Of a stretch of DNA of 64,000 nt, positions 9,204-18,915 are shown in pieces. Every line of letters begins with the position of its first letter. Positions within the stretch are counted from its first letter, which is position 1. The position numbers and the translations under genes were made by a program. A model generated the notes under the pieces. The model was not told the origin of the DNA. It did not search any database and saw nothing but the letters and a program-made list of their open reading frames with translations. Source of the DNA: an uncultured Eubacteriales bacterium (GTDB lineage Bacteria > Bacillota > Clostridia > Oscillospirales > UBA644). The stretch spans positions 1,784-65,783 of the forward strand of contig CAUHAO010000008.1 in assembly GCA_959604355.1 (NCBI GenBank), read 5' to 3'.

Positions 9204-9428
9204 CCGTGCGCGCGCACAAATTCGCGTTACATTGCCTCGACCCCGTGCGCGCGCATAAATTCGCGTCACGTTGCCTCGCGCGCGTGTGCTCACAAATTCG
9301 CGTTACGTTGCCTCGCGCGTGCGCGTTCAAATTCGCGTCACATTGCCTCGCGCGTGCGTGCGCACAAATTCGCGTTACGTTGCCTCGCGCGTGCGCGCGC
9401 ACGCGAATACTATATATGAAATATGAAG
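9204..9428. repeat. 35-39-bp tandem repeat x6
   Basis: Unit cgcgt(c/t)ac(g/a)ttgcctcg..gtgcgcgcgcacaaatt. Unit starts are at 9204, 9243, 9282, 9319, 9354 and 9391, with no spacers between units. Confidence 0.9.
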
Positions 9429-9436
9429 CCGGCATT

Positions 9437-9690
9437 CCGCGATCTCTTTTTTTCCTGTGCCCGTCTCATTTTTCCCCGCGTAACCCTTTTTTCCCGCGCC
9501 CGTCTCATTTTCCCCGCGCAAGCCTCTTTTTCTTCCGTGCCCGTCTCATTTTCTCCGCGCCCGCCTCATTTTCTCCGCGCCCGCCTCTTTTTTTCTTGCG
9601 CCCGCCTCATTTTCTTCCGTGCCCGTCTCATTTTCCCCGCGCAAGCCTCTTTTTATTCTGTGCCCGTCTCTTTTTTGCGGCGGCACGCGC
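9437..9690. repeat. Degenerate pyrimidine-rich tandem repeat
   Basis: gcccg(t/c)ctcatttt(c/t)(c/t)ccgcg recurs about 8 times, interleaved with aagcctctttttNttc. Confidence 0.75.
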
Positions 9691-9772
9691 TCCGCGCGTC
9701 GCCGTGCGCCGCTTCGCGGCGCACGGCGTGCAAATTCCTGCGGAATTTGCGCCGCCGCGCTCTGCCGCAAAT
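9677..9772. repeat. GC-rich stacked-hairpin element (copy C)
   Basis: gtgcgccgcTTCGcggcgcac and gcaaattcCTGCGgaatttgc. The first hairpin is identical to one in copy A. Confidence 0.6.
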
Positions 9773-9864
9773 TCATTTTATACGTCTCTTTGTACGTGTG
9801 CCCACTCTGCCGCCGAGTTCACAAAAAGTTCAACGCGAAAATATACTTTTTTTTCACTTCGGTA

Positions 9865-9893
9865 TTGACAAAATCCCCCTATTGATGTATAAT
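9865..9893 (+). promoter_or_regulatory. Perfect sigma-A consensus promoter for the S10 operon
   Basis: ttgaca at 9865-9870 and tataat at 9888-9893 with a 17-nt spacer. Confidence 0.7.
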
Positions 9894-9899
9894 AACAAA

Positions 9900-10262
9900 G
9901 CATGGCAATAGCACCATACCCATTTTACAGCGCTATGATCCCGGAGGTTGCTGAAATTCTGCCCGAAAAGCAGACAGGGAATTCCGGAGGAGCGTAAATC
10001 CGATTTCAAATTGGATGATACCGAATTTTGCCGGTGTAACCGAAAGCGTTGCCCTGAAACGGAAACTTCCGACCGTGATTTTTGACGGCGGAAAGTCCTA
10101 CGCGACGCGAAAGTGTTACCGCCCGGTGCTTGGTTGATTCTGAACAGCTTGCCCTGATTCGGAATTTTTTTGCGTCTTTTTCAAGAAACGCACGGCTGAG
10201 TGTTCGGTTTTTCATCGCCAAAACGAAATCAATCAAATATGAAATTTCAGGAGGCGACACAA
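9900..10262 (+). promoter_or_regulatory. Long structured 5' leader of rpsJ
   Basis: About 370 nt lie between the promoter and the rpsJ ATG with no credible ORF. There are several GAAA-loop hairpins (cccGAAAAgc, accGAAAgcg, gcgGAAAgtcc, gcGAAAgtg) and an internal terminator. Confidence 0.55.
10136..10171 (+). terminator. Leader (attenuator-type) intrinsic terminator upstream of rpsJ
   Basis: gattctgaa (10136-10144) pairs with ttcggaatt (10158-10166) over 9 bp including 2 G-U pairs. It is followed directly by T7. Confidence 0.5.
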
Positions 10263-10574
10263 ATGGCACAGAACGAAAAAATGAGAATCAGACTCAAGGC
10301 ATACGATCACAACCTGATCGACGCGGCAGCGGAGAAAATCGTTGCTACGGCTAAGAGAATGGGCGCAACAGTATCCGGTCCGGTCCCGCTGCCGACAGAC
10401 AGAGAGGTCATCACGATACTCCGCGCAGTCCACAAATATAAAGACTCTCGTGAACAGTTCGAGATGAAGACACACAAGCGTGTCATCGACATCATAAAGC
10501 CCGGCCAGAAGGCAGTCGAAGCTCTTATGGGAATAGATCTTCCCGCGGGCGTCGAAATCGAAATCAAACTGTAA
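10263..10574 (+). CDS. rpsJ: 30S ribosomal protein S10
   Basis: [16 protein letters not shown].. with SD caggagg 8 nt upstream. The track ORF starts earlier, at 10200. Confidence 0.97.
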   Translation: MAQNEKMRIRLKAYDHNLIDAAAEKIVATAKRMGATVSGPVPLPTDREVITILRAVHKYKDSREQFEMKTHKRVIDIIKPGQKAVEALMGIDLPAGVEIEIKL

Positions 10575-10661
10575 GCGGCAGACCGCTGTACAGCAATTGA
10601 TCGGAGCCATGCAGGTCAAGTCGGTAAACCCGACCAATAACCGAAAGGAGAATTTATCACA

Positions 10662-11303
10662 ATGGAAAAAGGCATCATCGGAAAGAAAATCGGTATGACC
10701 CAGATTTTCTCTGAGAACGGCAACGTGATCCCCGTAACGCTCATCGAAGCGGGACCTTGCCCGGTAGTACAGAAAAAGACCGTTGAGAACGACGGTTACA
10801 GCGCGGTTCAGATAGGTTTCGGCGACATTCGCGAGAAGCTCGTCAACAAACCCATCAAAGGACATTTCGACAAAGCACAGGTTGCTTATAAGAGAGAGCT
10901 TCGCGAGTTCAGACTCGACAACGCCGATTCTCTCAACGTAGGCGATATAATCAAAGCCGACGTTTTCGCCGCAGGCGACATCGTTGACGTCACAGGCACT
11001 TCCAAAGGTAAAGGATACCAGGGCACGATCAAGCGCTGCGGATTCCACACGGGTCCCATGGCTCACGGCTCCGGTTACCACAGACATCAGGGCTCTATGG
11101 GTTCCAACACGGATCCTTCCAGAGTAATGAAGAACAAGGGCATGCCGGGACACATGGGCAGCGAACAGGTTACGATTCAGAACCTCTGCATTGCAAAGGT
11201 TGACGCTGAAAACAACCTCATCGCCATCAAAGGCGCTATCCCCGGTCCCAACGGCGGTCTGGTAGTGGTCAAATCCGCTATAAAGTCCGTTAAGAAGGCG
11301 TAA
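10662..11303 (+). CDS. rplC: 50S ribosomal protein L3
   Basis: ..[13 protein letters not shown].. and the conserved operon order. Confidence 0.97.
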   Translation: MEKGIIGKKIGMTQIFSENGNVIPVTLIEAGPCPVVQKKTVENDGYSAVQIGFGDIREKLVNKPIKGHFDKAQVAYKRELREFRLDNADSLNVGDIIKADVFAAGDIVDVTGTSKGKGYQGTIKRCGFHTGPMAHGSGYHRHQGSMGSNTDPSRVMKNKGMPGHMGSEQVTIQNLCIAKVDAENNLIAIKGAIPGPNGGLVVVKSAIKSVKKA

Positions 11304-11317
11304 GGGAGGATACAGAA

Positions 11318-11941
11318 ATGCTTAACGTAAAAGTTTATGATATGAACGGCAAGGAGACCGGCACGGTCGAATTGAACGAAAGCATCTTCGGTGTCGAGGT
11401 CAATGTAGCGCTGCTGCACGAGGCTGTCAAGAATTATCTTGCCAACCAGCGTCACGGCACACAGAGCACCCTCACCCGCACCGAGGTTTCCGGCGGCGGT
11501 AAGAAACCGTTCCGTCAGAAGGGCACAGGCAGAGCAAGACAGGGTTCCACCAGAGCTCCTCAGTGGACTCACGGCGGTATCGCTCTCGGCCCGAAGCCCC
11601 GCAGCTACAGATACTCCATGAACAAAAAGGCGAAGAGAGTCGCTATGAAGAGCGCTTTCTCCTCCAAGGTCGCTGAAAACAATATGATAGTCCTCGAAGA
11701 CCTCAAGTTCGACGAGATAAAGACCAAGAGCATGGTCGCAGTCCTCAAGGCTCTCAACGTTGAAGACAAGGCTCTCGTAGTTCTTCCCGGCCCCGATGCG
11801 AACGTCGTCAAGAGCGCCGCAAACATTCCGACCGTCAAGACCGCGTATGTCAACACCCTCAACGTATACGATATCCTCAAGCAGGACAAATTCATCGTTA
11901 CCAAAGAGGCGCTTCAGAAAATAGGGGAGGTGTATGTATAA
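11318..11941 (+). CDS. rplD: 50S ribosomal protein L4
   Basis: ..[19 protein letters not shown].. motif. Confidence 0.97.
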   Translation: MLNVKVYDMNGKETGTVELNESIFGVEVNVALLHEAVKNYLANQRHGTQSTLTRTEVSGGGKKPFRQKGTGRARQGSTRAPQWTHGGIALGPKPRSYRYSMNKKAKRVAMKSAFSSKVAENNMIVLEDLKFDEIKTKSMVAVLKALNVEDKALVVLPGPDANVVKSAANIPTVKTAYVNTLNVYDILKQDKFIVTKEALQKIGEVYV

Positions 11942-12237
11942 TGAAATCCGTACACGATATAATCCTCAAGCCTGTTGTCACCGAGCACAGCATGGCACTC
12001 ATGCGCGAACAGCGCAAATACACGTTCATCGTCGCACCCGACGCGAACAAAATCGAAATCAAAGAAGCAGTAGAGAAGATCTTCTCCGTTAAAGTTGCAT
12101 CGGTCAACACCATCAACTTCGACGGCAAGGAGAGAAGAATGGGCTACACCAGCGGCAAGACCGCTTCCGGCAAACGTGCCATCGTCACGCTCACCGCAGA
12201 CAGCAAGTCCATCGAGTTCTTCGACAGCTTGATGTAA
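11941..12237 (+). CDS. rplW: 50S ribosomal protein L23
   Basis: 98 aa, ..[10 protein letters not shown].. N-terminus, operon position. Confidence 0.96.
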   Translation: MKSVHDIILKPVVTEHSMALMREQRKYTFIVAPDANKIEIKEAVEKIFSVKVASVNTINFDGKERRMGYTSGKTASGKRAIVTLTADSKSIEFFDSLM

Positions 12238-12250
12238 AGGAGTGATACGA

Positions 12251-13084
12251 ATGCCTATAAAGAATTTCAAGCCGACGACCCATTCCAGAAGAAACATGTC
12301 CGTCTCGACGTTTGAAGAGATCACGAAGGTGGGCCCCGAGAAATCACTTCTTGCTCCCGTCAAGAAAAACGCAGGACGTAACAGCTACGGCAGAATCACC
12401 GTTCGTCATCAGGGCGGCGGCAACAGAAGAAAATACCGTATAATCGACTTCAAGCGCAACCGTCTCGACGATATCGCAGAGGTCATGTCCATCGAGTACG
12501 ATCCGAACAGAAGCGCAAACATCGCGCTGATCAAGTACGAAGACGGCGAAAAAGCTTACATCATCGCTCCCAACGAGCTTACCGTAGGCGACAAAGTCCA
12601 GTCCTCCGCAAACGCGGATATCAAACCCGGCAACTGCCTGCCCATAGAAAACATACCCGTCGGTACGTTCATCCACAACATCGAGCTCGTCGCAGGCAAA
12701 GGCGCACAGCTTTCCAGAAGCGCAGGCGCAGCAGCGCAGCTCATGGCTAAGGAAAACGGCATGGCACAGGTAAGACTTCCCTCCGGCGAAGTCCGTATGG
12801 TTCGTCTGAACTGCAAAGCCACGATCGGTATCGTCGGCAACCTCGATCACGAGAATGTCAAGATCGGTAAAGCCGGCAGAACCCGTCATATGGGTATCCG
12901 TCCTACCGTAAGAGGTTCCGTCATGAACCCCTGCGATCACCCCCACGGCGGTGGTGAAGGTAAGGCTCCGGTCGGCAGACCCGGCCCGGTCACTCCTTGG
13001 GGCAAACCCGCTCTCGGCTACAAGACCCGCTCCAAGAAGAACAAGTCCAACAAATACATTGTAAAACGCAGAAATGCGAAATAA
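12251..13084 (+). CDS. rplB: 50S ribosomal protein L2
   Basis: [10 protein letters not shown].., ..[15 protein letters not shown].. and ..[13 protein letters not shown]... The ATG at 12251 has an AAGGAG SD. Confidence 0.97.
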   Translation: MPIKNFKPTTHSRRNMSVSTFEEITKVGPEKSLLAPVKKNAGRNSYGRITVRHQGGGNRRKYRIIDFKRNRLDDIAEVMSIEYDPNRSANIALIKYEDGEKAYIIAPNELTVGDKVQSSANADIKPGNCLPIENIPVGTFIHNIELVAGKGAQLSRSAGAAAQLMAKENGMAQVRLPSGEVRMVRLNCKATIGIVGNLDHENVKIGKAGRTRHMGIRPTVRGSVMNPCDHPHGGGEGKAPVGRPGPVTPWGKPALGYKTRSKKNKSNKYIVKRRNAK

Positions 13085-13098
13085 GGAGGTGCCGATAA

Positions 13099-13374
13099 AT
13101 GAGCAGAAGCGTTAAAAAAGGCCCTTATGTTGAAGCGTCGCTTATGAAAAAGGTCCTTGATATGAATGCAAAAGGCGAAAAACGTGTTATAAAGACATGG
13201 TCCAGAGCCTCTACTATATTCCCCGATTTTGTCGGACACACCTTTGCTGTCCACGATGGCAGGAAGCACGTTCCCGTTTATGTCGTTGAAGACATGGTCG
13301 GTCACAAGCTCGGAGAGTTTGCGCCCACCCGCCTCTTCAAAGGTCACTCGGGCTCGAAGACTTCCAACACCTAA
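13099..13374 (+). CDS. rpsS: 30S ribosomal protein S19
   Basis: [11 protein letters not shown]...[11 protein letters not shown]. Confidence 0.97.
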   Translation: MSRSVKKGPYVEASLMKKVLDMNAKGEKRVIKTWSRASTIFPDFVGHTFAVHDGRKHVPVYVVEDMVGHKLGEFAPTRLFKGHSGSKTSNT

Positions 13375-13395
13375 GACACAGGAGGGTAATAGATA

Positions 13396-13731
13396 ATGGA
13401 AGCTAAAGCATATCTGAGAGAGCTTCGGATCTCTCCTCGTAAAGTAAAGATCGTTCTCGACCTTATCCGCAACAAGCCCCTCGGTCAGGCGGTCGCAATA
13501 CTCGAAAATACTCCGAAGGCGGCAAGCGAGCCCCTGCTCAAACTCGTAAAGAGCGCGGCTGCTAACGCCGAGAACAATTTCGGCATGGATGTCTCCAAGC
13601 TCTACGTCAAGACCTGCTATGTAGGCGCAGGACGTACCCTTAAGAGAATGATGCCGAGAGCCAAGGGCAGCGCTGACAGAATCCTCAAGAGATCATCCAA
13701 CATCACGATGATCCTTGCGGAGAAAGAATAA
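13396..13731 (+). CDS. rplV: 50S ribosomal protein L22
   Basis: MEAKAYLRELRISPRKV... Confidence 0.97.
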   Translation: MEAKAYLRELRISPRKVKIVLDLIRNKPLGQAVAILENTPKAASEPLLKLVKSAAANAENNFGMDVSKLYVKTCYVGAGRTLKRMMPRAKGSADRILKRSSNITMILAEKE

Positions 13732-13744
13732 GGAGGACGTATAA

Positions 13745-14443
13745 ATGGGACAGAAAGTTAATCCGCACGGCCTTCGTGTTGGTGTCATCCGCAACTGGGA
13801 TTCCAGATGGTTCGCCCGCGACGATAAGTTCGGCGACATCCTCGTTCAGGACGACAAAATCAGAAAGTTTATCAAAGCAAGAACCTACGCCGCAGGCGTC
13901 TCCAAGATCGAGATCGAAAGAGACTTCAACGGCAGAATAAAGATCTTCATTCACTGCGCTAAAGTCGGTATCATCGCCGGCAGACAGGGTGCGGAGATCG
14001 AAAAGCTCCGTCAGGACGTCGAGAAGCTTGTCGGTCAGAGAGTTTACATCTCCATTGTCGAGATCAAACGCCCCGACCTCAACGCTCAGCTCGTAGCCGA
14101 GAGAATAGCAAGCGACCTCGAAAGACGTATCACCTTCAGACGTGCTACCCGTCAGGCCATCGACAGAACGATGAAGGCCGGCGCAAAGGGTATCAAGACA
14201 ATGGTCTCCGGACGTCTGGGCGGTGCGGAAATTGCCCGCAGAGAGCACTATCATGAAGGAACCATCCCGCTGCAGACCCTCAGAGCCGACATCGACTACG
14301 GCTTTGCCGAGGCTCACACCACCTACGGTAAGATCGGCGTCAAGGTCTGGATCTACAAGGGCGAAGTTCTCGCAGCAAACAAGAAAGTAACCGAAAAGAA
14401 GGAGGGTGAACGCCATGTTAATGCCAAAAAGAGTAAAATATAG
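13745..14443 (+). CDS. rpsC: 30S ribosomal protein S3
   Basis: [13 protein letters not shown].. followed by KH and S3-C domains. Confidence 0.97.
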   Translation: MGQKVNPHGLRVGVIRNWDSRWFARDDKFGDILVQDDKIRKFIKARTYAAGVSKIEIERDFNGRIKIFIHCAKVGIIAGRQGAEIEKLRQDVEKLVGQRVYISIVEIKRPDLNAQLVAERIASDLERRITFRRATRQAIDRTMKAGAKGIKTMVSGRLGGAEIARREHYHEGTIPLQTLRADIDYGFAEAHTTYGKIGVKVWIYKGEVLAANKKVTEKKEGERHVNAKKSKI

Positions 14444-14852
14444 ACGCGTTCAGCGCGGCCGTATGAAGGGCAAAGCAATTCGCGGCAGCAAGATCAGCAG
14501 CGGTGAATACGGTCTCGTAGCTCTTGAGCCTTCCTGGATCACCAGCAATCAGATCGAAGCAGCCCGTATCGCTATGACCAGATACGTCAAAAGAGGCGGT
14601 CAGGTCTGGATCAAAATATTCCCCGACAAGCCGATAACCGAGAAACCGGCTGAGACCCGAATGGGTTCCGGTAAAGGTTCTCCCGAGTACTGGGTAGCAG
14701 TCGTCAAGCCCGGACGCATAATGTTCGAGATGGCGGGTGTTCCCGAAGAGACCGCGAGAGAAGCTATGCGTCTCGCGTCCTATAAATTGCCGATCAAATG
14801 CAAGTTCGTCAAGAGATCTGACATGGAAGCGGCGAACGGAGGTAACGCATAA
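14415..14852 (+). CDS. rplP: 50S ribosomal protein L16
   Basis: [19 protein letters not shown]... The ATG at 14415 overlaps the rpsC tail. Confidence 0.96.
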   Translation: MLMPKRVKYRRVQRGRMKGKAIRGSKISSGEYGLVALEPSWITSNQIEAARIAMTRYVKRGGQVWIKIFPDKPITEKPAETRMGSGKGSPEYWVAVVKPGRIMFEMAGVPEETAREAMRLASYKLPIKCKFVKRSDMEAANGGNA

Positions 14853-15043
14853 TGAAAGCAGAACAGATCAGAAATATGTCTGTCTCCGAACTGGAGGCAA
14901 AGCTCAAAGACCTCAAGGAAGAGCTGTTCAACCTTCGTTTCCAGCACGCGACCAAACAGCTGGATAACCCGATAAGACTCGCGGACGTCAAGAAAGACAT
15001 CGCAAGAGTTAAGACGATACTGCACGAGAAGCAGTCAGTATAA
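14852..15043 (+). CDS. rpmC: 50S ribosomal protein L29
   Basis: 63 aa, ..ELKEELFNLRFQ... Confidence 0.96.
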   Translation: MKAEQIRNMSVSELEAKLKDLKEELFNLRFQHATKQLDNPIRLADVKKDIARVKTILHEKQSV

Positions 15044-15061
15044 GCGGAGGAGGACACAATA

Positions 15062-15316
15062 ATGGAAAGATCTTTGAGAAAAACCAGAACGGGACTCGTC
15101 GTTTCCGATAAAATGGATAAGACGATCGTCGTCGCGGTTAATGAACACGTCAGACACCCGCTGTACAATAAGGTTATGAAGCGTACCTACAAGCTCAAGG
15201 CTCACGACGAACTCAACGAGTGCAAAGTGGGCGACAGAGTAGAAGTCATGGAAACCAGACCTCTGTCCAAGGACAAGAGATGGCGTCTGGTCCGTGTCAT
15301 CGAGAAGGCAAAATAA
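15062..15316 (+). CDS. rpsQ: 30S ribosomal protein S17
   Basis: ..[19 protein letters not shown]... Confidence 0.96.
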   Translation: MERSLRKTRTGLVVSDKMDKTIVVAVNEHVRHPLYNKVMKRTYKLKAHDELNECKVGDRVEVMETRPLSKDKRWRLVRVIEKAK

Positions 15317-15335
15317 GCGGTAAAGGAGAAATACT

Positions 15336-15704
15336 ATGATACAGCAGCAAACCTTTCTGCAGGTTGCCGACAACACGGGCGCTAAGGAACTGATGTGCAT
15401 CCGCGTTCTTGGCGGCACAGGCAGAAGATATGCCAATATAGGCGACATCATCGTTTGTTCGGTCAAAAAGGCAGCCCCCGGCGGCGACGTCAAAAAAGGC
15501 GACGTTGTCAAGGCAGTCGTTGTCCGCAGCGTAAGAGGCGTGCGCAGAGCAGACGGAAGCTATATCCGTTTTGACGAAAACGCAGCCGTAATAATCAAAG
15601 ATGACAAGACCCCGAAGGGGACCCGTATTTTCGGGCCCATCGCGAGAGAACTCAGAGATAAGGACTTCACGAAGATCCTCTCTCTGGCTCCCGAAGTTCT
15701 GTAA
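15336..15704 (+). CDS. rplN: 50S ribosomal protein L14
   Basis: [18 protein letters not shown]... Confidence 0.97.
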   Translation: MIQQQTFLQVADNTGAKELMCIRVLGGTGRRYANIGDIIVCSVKKAAPGGDVKKGDVVKAVVVRSVRGVRRADGSYIRFDENAAVIIKDDKTPKGTRIFGPIARELRDKDFTKILSLAPEVL

Positions 15705-15715
15705 GGAGGACGCAA

Positions 15716-16033
15716 ATGAATACAATTCATATCAAAAAAGGCGATACCGTCAAGGTCCTCTCCGGCAAGAGCAAGGGCAAGCAGGGCAAGGTCATCGCAA
15801 CCGCTCCGGCTGAGCAGAAGGCTATGGTCGAGGGCGTAAACATGGTATCCAAGCATCACAAGGCTCGCACCAATACCGACACCTCCGGCATCGTCAAGAC
15901 CGAAGGCGCTCTGTATGTAAGCAAGCTCCAGCTCGTTTGCCCCAAATGCGGCAAAGCGACCCGCGTCGGCACAAAGGTCACCGCAGACGGCAAAAAAGTC
16001 AGAGTCTGCAAAAAATGCAGCGCAGAGTTTTAA
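15716..16033 (+). CDS. rplX: 50S ribosomal protein L24 (with a C-terminal CxxC...CxxC pair)
   Basis: KOW motif ..IKKGDTVKVLSGKSKGKQGKV... The C-terminus is ..VCPKCGKATRVGTKVTADGKKVRVCKKCSAEF. Confidence 0.96.
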   Translation: MNTIHIKKGDTVKVLSGKSKGKQGKVIATAPAEQKAMVEGVNMVSKHHKARTNTDTSGIVKTEGALYVSKLQLVCPKCGKATRVGTKVTADGKKVRVCKKCSAEF

Positions 16034-16047
16034 CGGAGGTATAAGAA

Positions 16048-16587
16048 ATGTCGAGACTTAAAGAACTTTATAAATCCGAAATCGCTCCCGCTCTGATGAA
16101 GAAGTTCGAATATAAGAGCACAATGCAGATTCCCAAGCTCGAAAAGATCGTCATCAACGTCGGATGCGGCGACGCGAAGGATAACTCCAAGGTTATCGAA
16201 GCAGTTTCCAACGACCTCTCGAAGATCACCGGTCAGAAGCCGATGGTTTGTAAGGCAAGAAAGTCTGTCGCAAACTTCAAGATCCGTAAGGGCATGCCCA
16301 TCGGTGTAAAAGTCACCCTCCGCGGCGACCGTATGTATGAGTTCATGGACAGATTCTTCAACGTGGCACTTCCGAGAGTCCGCGACTTCCGCGGTATCAA
16401 TCCCGATGCGTTCGACGGCAGAGGTAACTACTCCGTCGGCGTAAAGGAACAGCTGATATTCCCCGAGATCGAGTACGACAAGATCGACAAGGTCAGAGGT
16501 ATGGATATCATGTTCGTAACGAGCGCGACCAAAGACGAAGAAGCAAAAGAGCTTCTCGCAGCTTTCGGCGCACCGTTCGCAAGATAA
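16048..16587 (+). CDS. rplE: 50S ribosomal protein L5
   Basis: [20 protein letters not shown]... Confidence 0.97.
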   Translation: MSRLKELYKSEIAPALMKKFEYKSTMQIPKLEKIVINVGCGDAKDNSKVIEAVSNDLSKITGQKPMVCKARKSVANFKIRKGMPIGVKVTLRGDRMYEFMDRFFNVALPRVRDFRGINPDAFDGRGNYSVGVKEQLIFPEIEYDKIDKVRGMDIMFVTSATKDEEAKELLAAFGAPFAR

Positions 16588-16606
16588 GTAGGAGGAGGAT
16601 ATAGAA

Positions 16607-16792
16607 ATGGCTAAGACTTCCATGAAAATCAAGCAGCAGAAGGCACCCAAGTACAGCGCAAGAGCATACAACAGATGCAAGATCTGCGGCAGACCTCACG
16701 CTTATCTCAGAAAGTTCGGCATTTGCCGTATCTGCTTCAGAGAGCTCGCTTACAAAGGCCAGATTCCCGGCGTAAAGAAAGCAAGCTGGTAA
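16607..16792 (+). CDS. rpsN: 30S ribosomal protein S14, type Z (zinc form)
   Basis: 61 aa with CKICG..CRIC. Confidence 0.96.
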   Translation: MAKTSMKIKQQKAPKYSARAYNRCKICGRPHAYLRKFGICRICFRELAYKGQIPGVKKASW

Positions 16793-16812
16793 TTCATTAA
16801 GGAGGAAAGAAA

Positions 16813-17211
16813 ATGCATATCACAGACCCTATTGCCGATATGTTGACCCGTATCCGCAACGCTAACACAGCAAAACATGAGACTGTTGAGATACCTGCCT
16901 CCAATATGAAGAAGCAGATCGCGCAGATACTTGTCGACGAAGGCTATATCAAGTCTTACAACGTCATCGACGACGGTAAGCAGGGCGTAATCAAGGTCAT
17001 CCTTAAGTACGGCCCGAACAAGAGTGCAGTCCTCAGAGGCGCAAAGAGAGTATCCAAACCCGGCCTTCGTATCTACGTCGGCAAGGATGAGATTCCGAAG
17101 GTCATGCGTGGCCTCGGCGTCGCGATAGTCTCCACCTCCAAGGGCGTTATGACAGACAGAGCTGCGAGAAAGAACGGCGTAGGCGGCGAAGTTCTCGCAT
17201 TCATCTGGTAA
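16813..17211 (+). CDS. rpsH: 30S ribosomal protein S8
   Basis: ..[14 protein letters not shown]... Confidence 0.97.
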   Translation: MHITDPIADMLTRIRNANTAKHETVEIPASNMKKQIAQILVDEGYIKSYNVIDDGKQGVIKVILKYGPNKSAVLRGAKRVSKPGLRIYVGKDEIPKVMRGLGVAIVSTSKGVMTDRAARKNGVGGEVLAFIW

Positions 17212-17229
17212 TCGAAAGGAAACGCTGAA

Positions 17230-17781
17230 ATGTCAAGAATTGGTAGAAAGATTATTGATATACCCGCAGGCGTAACGGTCGATGTTGCCGAAAACAACAC
17301 CGTCACCGTCAAGGGCCCCAAGGGAACCCTTACACGTACACTGCGTCCCGAAATGAAAATCACCGTAGAAGGTGCGACCGTCAAAGTCGAAAGACCCGAC
17401 GACTCCAACCTCCACAAATCCCTCCACGGCCTTACAAGAACCCTCATCGCAAACATGATCGAAGGCGTTGTAAACGGCTACTCCAAGAAGCTCGAAGTTC
17501 AGGGTATCGGTTACAGAGTCCAGAAACAGGGCAACACAGCCGTATTCACCATCGGCTTTTCTCACCCCGTAGTTATTGCTGAGGAACCCGGCATCACCAT
17601 CGACGTACCGGACGGCCTGACGGTCGTTATCTCCGGTGCCGATAAGCAGCAGGTCGGTCAGTTCGCAGCTATGGTCCGCGCGAAGAAACCTCCGGAGCCT
17701 TACCACGGCAAAGGCATACGCTATGCCGGCGAAGTTGTAAGACATAAGGAAGGTAAAGCCGCTAAGGGCTCCAAGAAATAA
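17230..17781 (+). CDS. rplF: 50S ribosomal protein L6
   Basis: MSRIGRKIIDIPAGV... Confidence 0.97.
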   Translation: MSRIGRKIIDIPAGVTVDVAENNTVTVKGPKGTLTRTLRPEMKITVEGATVKVERPDDSNLHKSLHGLTRTLIANMIEGVVNGYSKKLEVQGIGYRVQKQGNTAVFTIGFSHPVVIAEEPGITIDVPDGLTVVISGADKQQVGQFAAMVRAKKPPEPYHGKGIRYAGEVVRHKEGKAAKGSKK

Positions 17782-17796
17782 GGAAGGAGAAAAGTC

Positions 17797-18156
17797 ATGT
17801 TTTCCAGAAAAGATTCCAATAAGGCAAGACTTGCCAGACATAAGCGTGTTCGCGGTAAGGTTGTCGGTACTGCTGAGTGCCCGCGTCTGAGCGTCTATCG
17901 TTCGCTCAAACACATCTACGCTCAGATCATCGACGATGCCACCGCAACAACACTCGTCTCCTGCTCCACCGTCGAAAAGGCGTTTGAAGGATACGGCGGC
18001 AACAAAGAAGCTGCAAAAAAGATAGGCCTTGAGCTTGCTAAGCGCGCAGCGGAAAAGGGCATCAAAGATGTCGTTTTCGATCGCGGCGGTTACACATACC
18101 AGGGCAGAGTCGCTGAAGTTGCCGAAGGCGCAAGGGAAGGCGGACTGAACTTCTGA
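17797..18156 (+). CDS. rplR: 50S ribosomal protein L18
   Basis: ..[29 protein letters not shown]... Confidence 0.97.
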   Translation: MFSRKDSNKARLARHKRVRGKVVGTAECPRLSVYRSLKHIYAQIIDDATATTLVSCSTVEKAFEGYGGNKEAAKKIGLELAKRAAEKGIKDVVFDRGGYTYQGRVAEVAEGAREGGLNF

Positions 18157-18186
18157 GTTCGGACGATATAGGAGGATAAAACATTC

Positions 18187-18690
18187 ATGTACGAAAAAAT
18201 AGATGCACAGGGACTTAACCTGACCGAAAAGCTCGTATCTCTGAACCGTGTATCCAAGACTGTCAAAGGCGGTAGAAAAATGAAGTTCTCCGCACTTGTA
18301 GTTGTTGGTGACGGCAACGGTGTCGTAGGCGTCGGTCTAGGCAAATCCGTTGAAATCCCCTACGCCGTCAACAAGGCGATAGAGGACGCTAAGAAGAACC
18401 TCGTCAGAGTTACTCTGAGAGGCACCACGATCCCCCATGAACTCGTTTCGACCTACGGTTCGAGCACAGTCGTTCTGAAACCGGCTCCGGCAGGAACCGG
18501 CGTCATTGCAGGCGGTGCTGTCCGTGCTGTCGTAGAACTTGCGGGCATAAAGGATATCAGAACCAAGGCTCTGTACTCCCGTAATCCCCAGAACGTAGTT
18601 CAGGCAACGATCAAAGGTCTTGCAAGCCTGAAGGACGCGAAAGAAGTCGCGGAGATCAGAGGCAAGTCCATCGACGAGATCTTGGGTTAA
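18187..18690 (+). CDS. rpsE: 30S ribosomal protein S5
   Basis: ..[29 protein letters not shown]... Confidence 0.97.
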   Translation: MYEKIDAQGLNLTEKLVSLNRVSKTVKGGRKMKFSALVVVGDGNGVVGVGLGKSVEIPYAVNKAIEDAKKNLVRVTLRGTTIPHELVSTYGSSTVVLKPAPAGTGVIAGGAVRAVVELAGIKDIRTKALYSRNPQNVVQATIKGLASLKDAKEVAEIRGKSIDEILG

Positions 18691-18703
18691 GGAGGGCAGA
18701 GAC

Positions 18704-18901
18704 ATGGCTAAAAAGACCGAGAGCTCAGCTCTTAAGATAACCCTTACCAAAAGCCTCATAGGCAGACTCGAATCTCATATCGCGACTGCCAAAAGCATGG
18801 GACTTTACAAAGTCGGCGACGTTACGGTACAGCCGAATAACGAAGCCACAAAGGGCAAAGTAGCGAAGATCTCCTACATGCTCAAAGTTGAAGAAGAATA
18901 A
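18704..18901 (+). CDS. rpmD: 50S ribosomal protein L30
   Basis: 65 aa, ..[12 protein letters not shown].., operon position. Confidence 0.93.
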   Translation: MAKKTESSALKITLTKSLIGRLESHIATAKSMGLYKVGDVTVQPNNEATKGKVAKISYMLKVEEE

Positions 18902-18915
18902 GGAGGCAGTCAGTA

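Noticed and set aside
9204-9428. Possible CRISPR array, since the repeat units are 35-39 bp.
   Set aside because: The units abut each other with no unique spacers. They are degenerate rather than identical, and no cas genes or leader are nearby. This is a plain tandem repeat.
9050-9868. 272-aa + strand ORF, and overlapping ORFs at 9115-9435 (-) and 9423-9911 (+).
   Set aside because: They lie entirely in the tandem-repeat block. The translations are low-complexity repeats (..RACAxxRVTLP.., ..RPSHFPRASLFF..), and there are no SDs. They are artefacts of repeats in GC-rich DNA.
9941-9995. SRP-RNA domain IV-like string (cagacagggaattccggaggagcg against GUCAGGUCCGGAAGGAAGCAGC).
   Set aside because: The GGAA tetraloop and the symmetric-loop residues are not preserved, and no Alu or closing helices are evident. 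The similarity is limited to a purine-rich run.
10100-10135. T-box-like sequence (aaaGUGUUACCGCCc) in the rpsJ leader, upstream of the terminator.
   Set aside because: The critical UGGN bulge reads UGUU. I could find no Stem I specifier-loop, AG-bay or distal-loop motifs. A T-box in front of a ribosomal operon also has no obvious logic. It is treated as chance resemblance.
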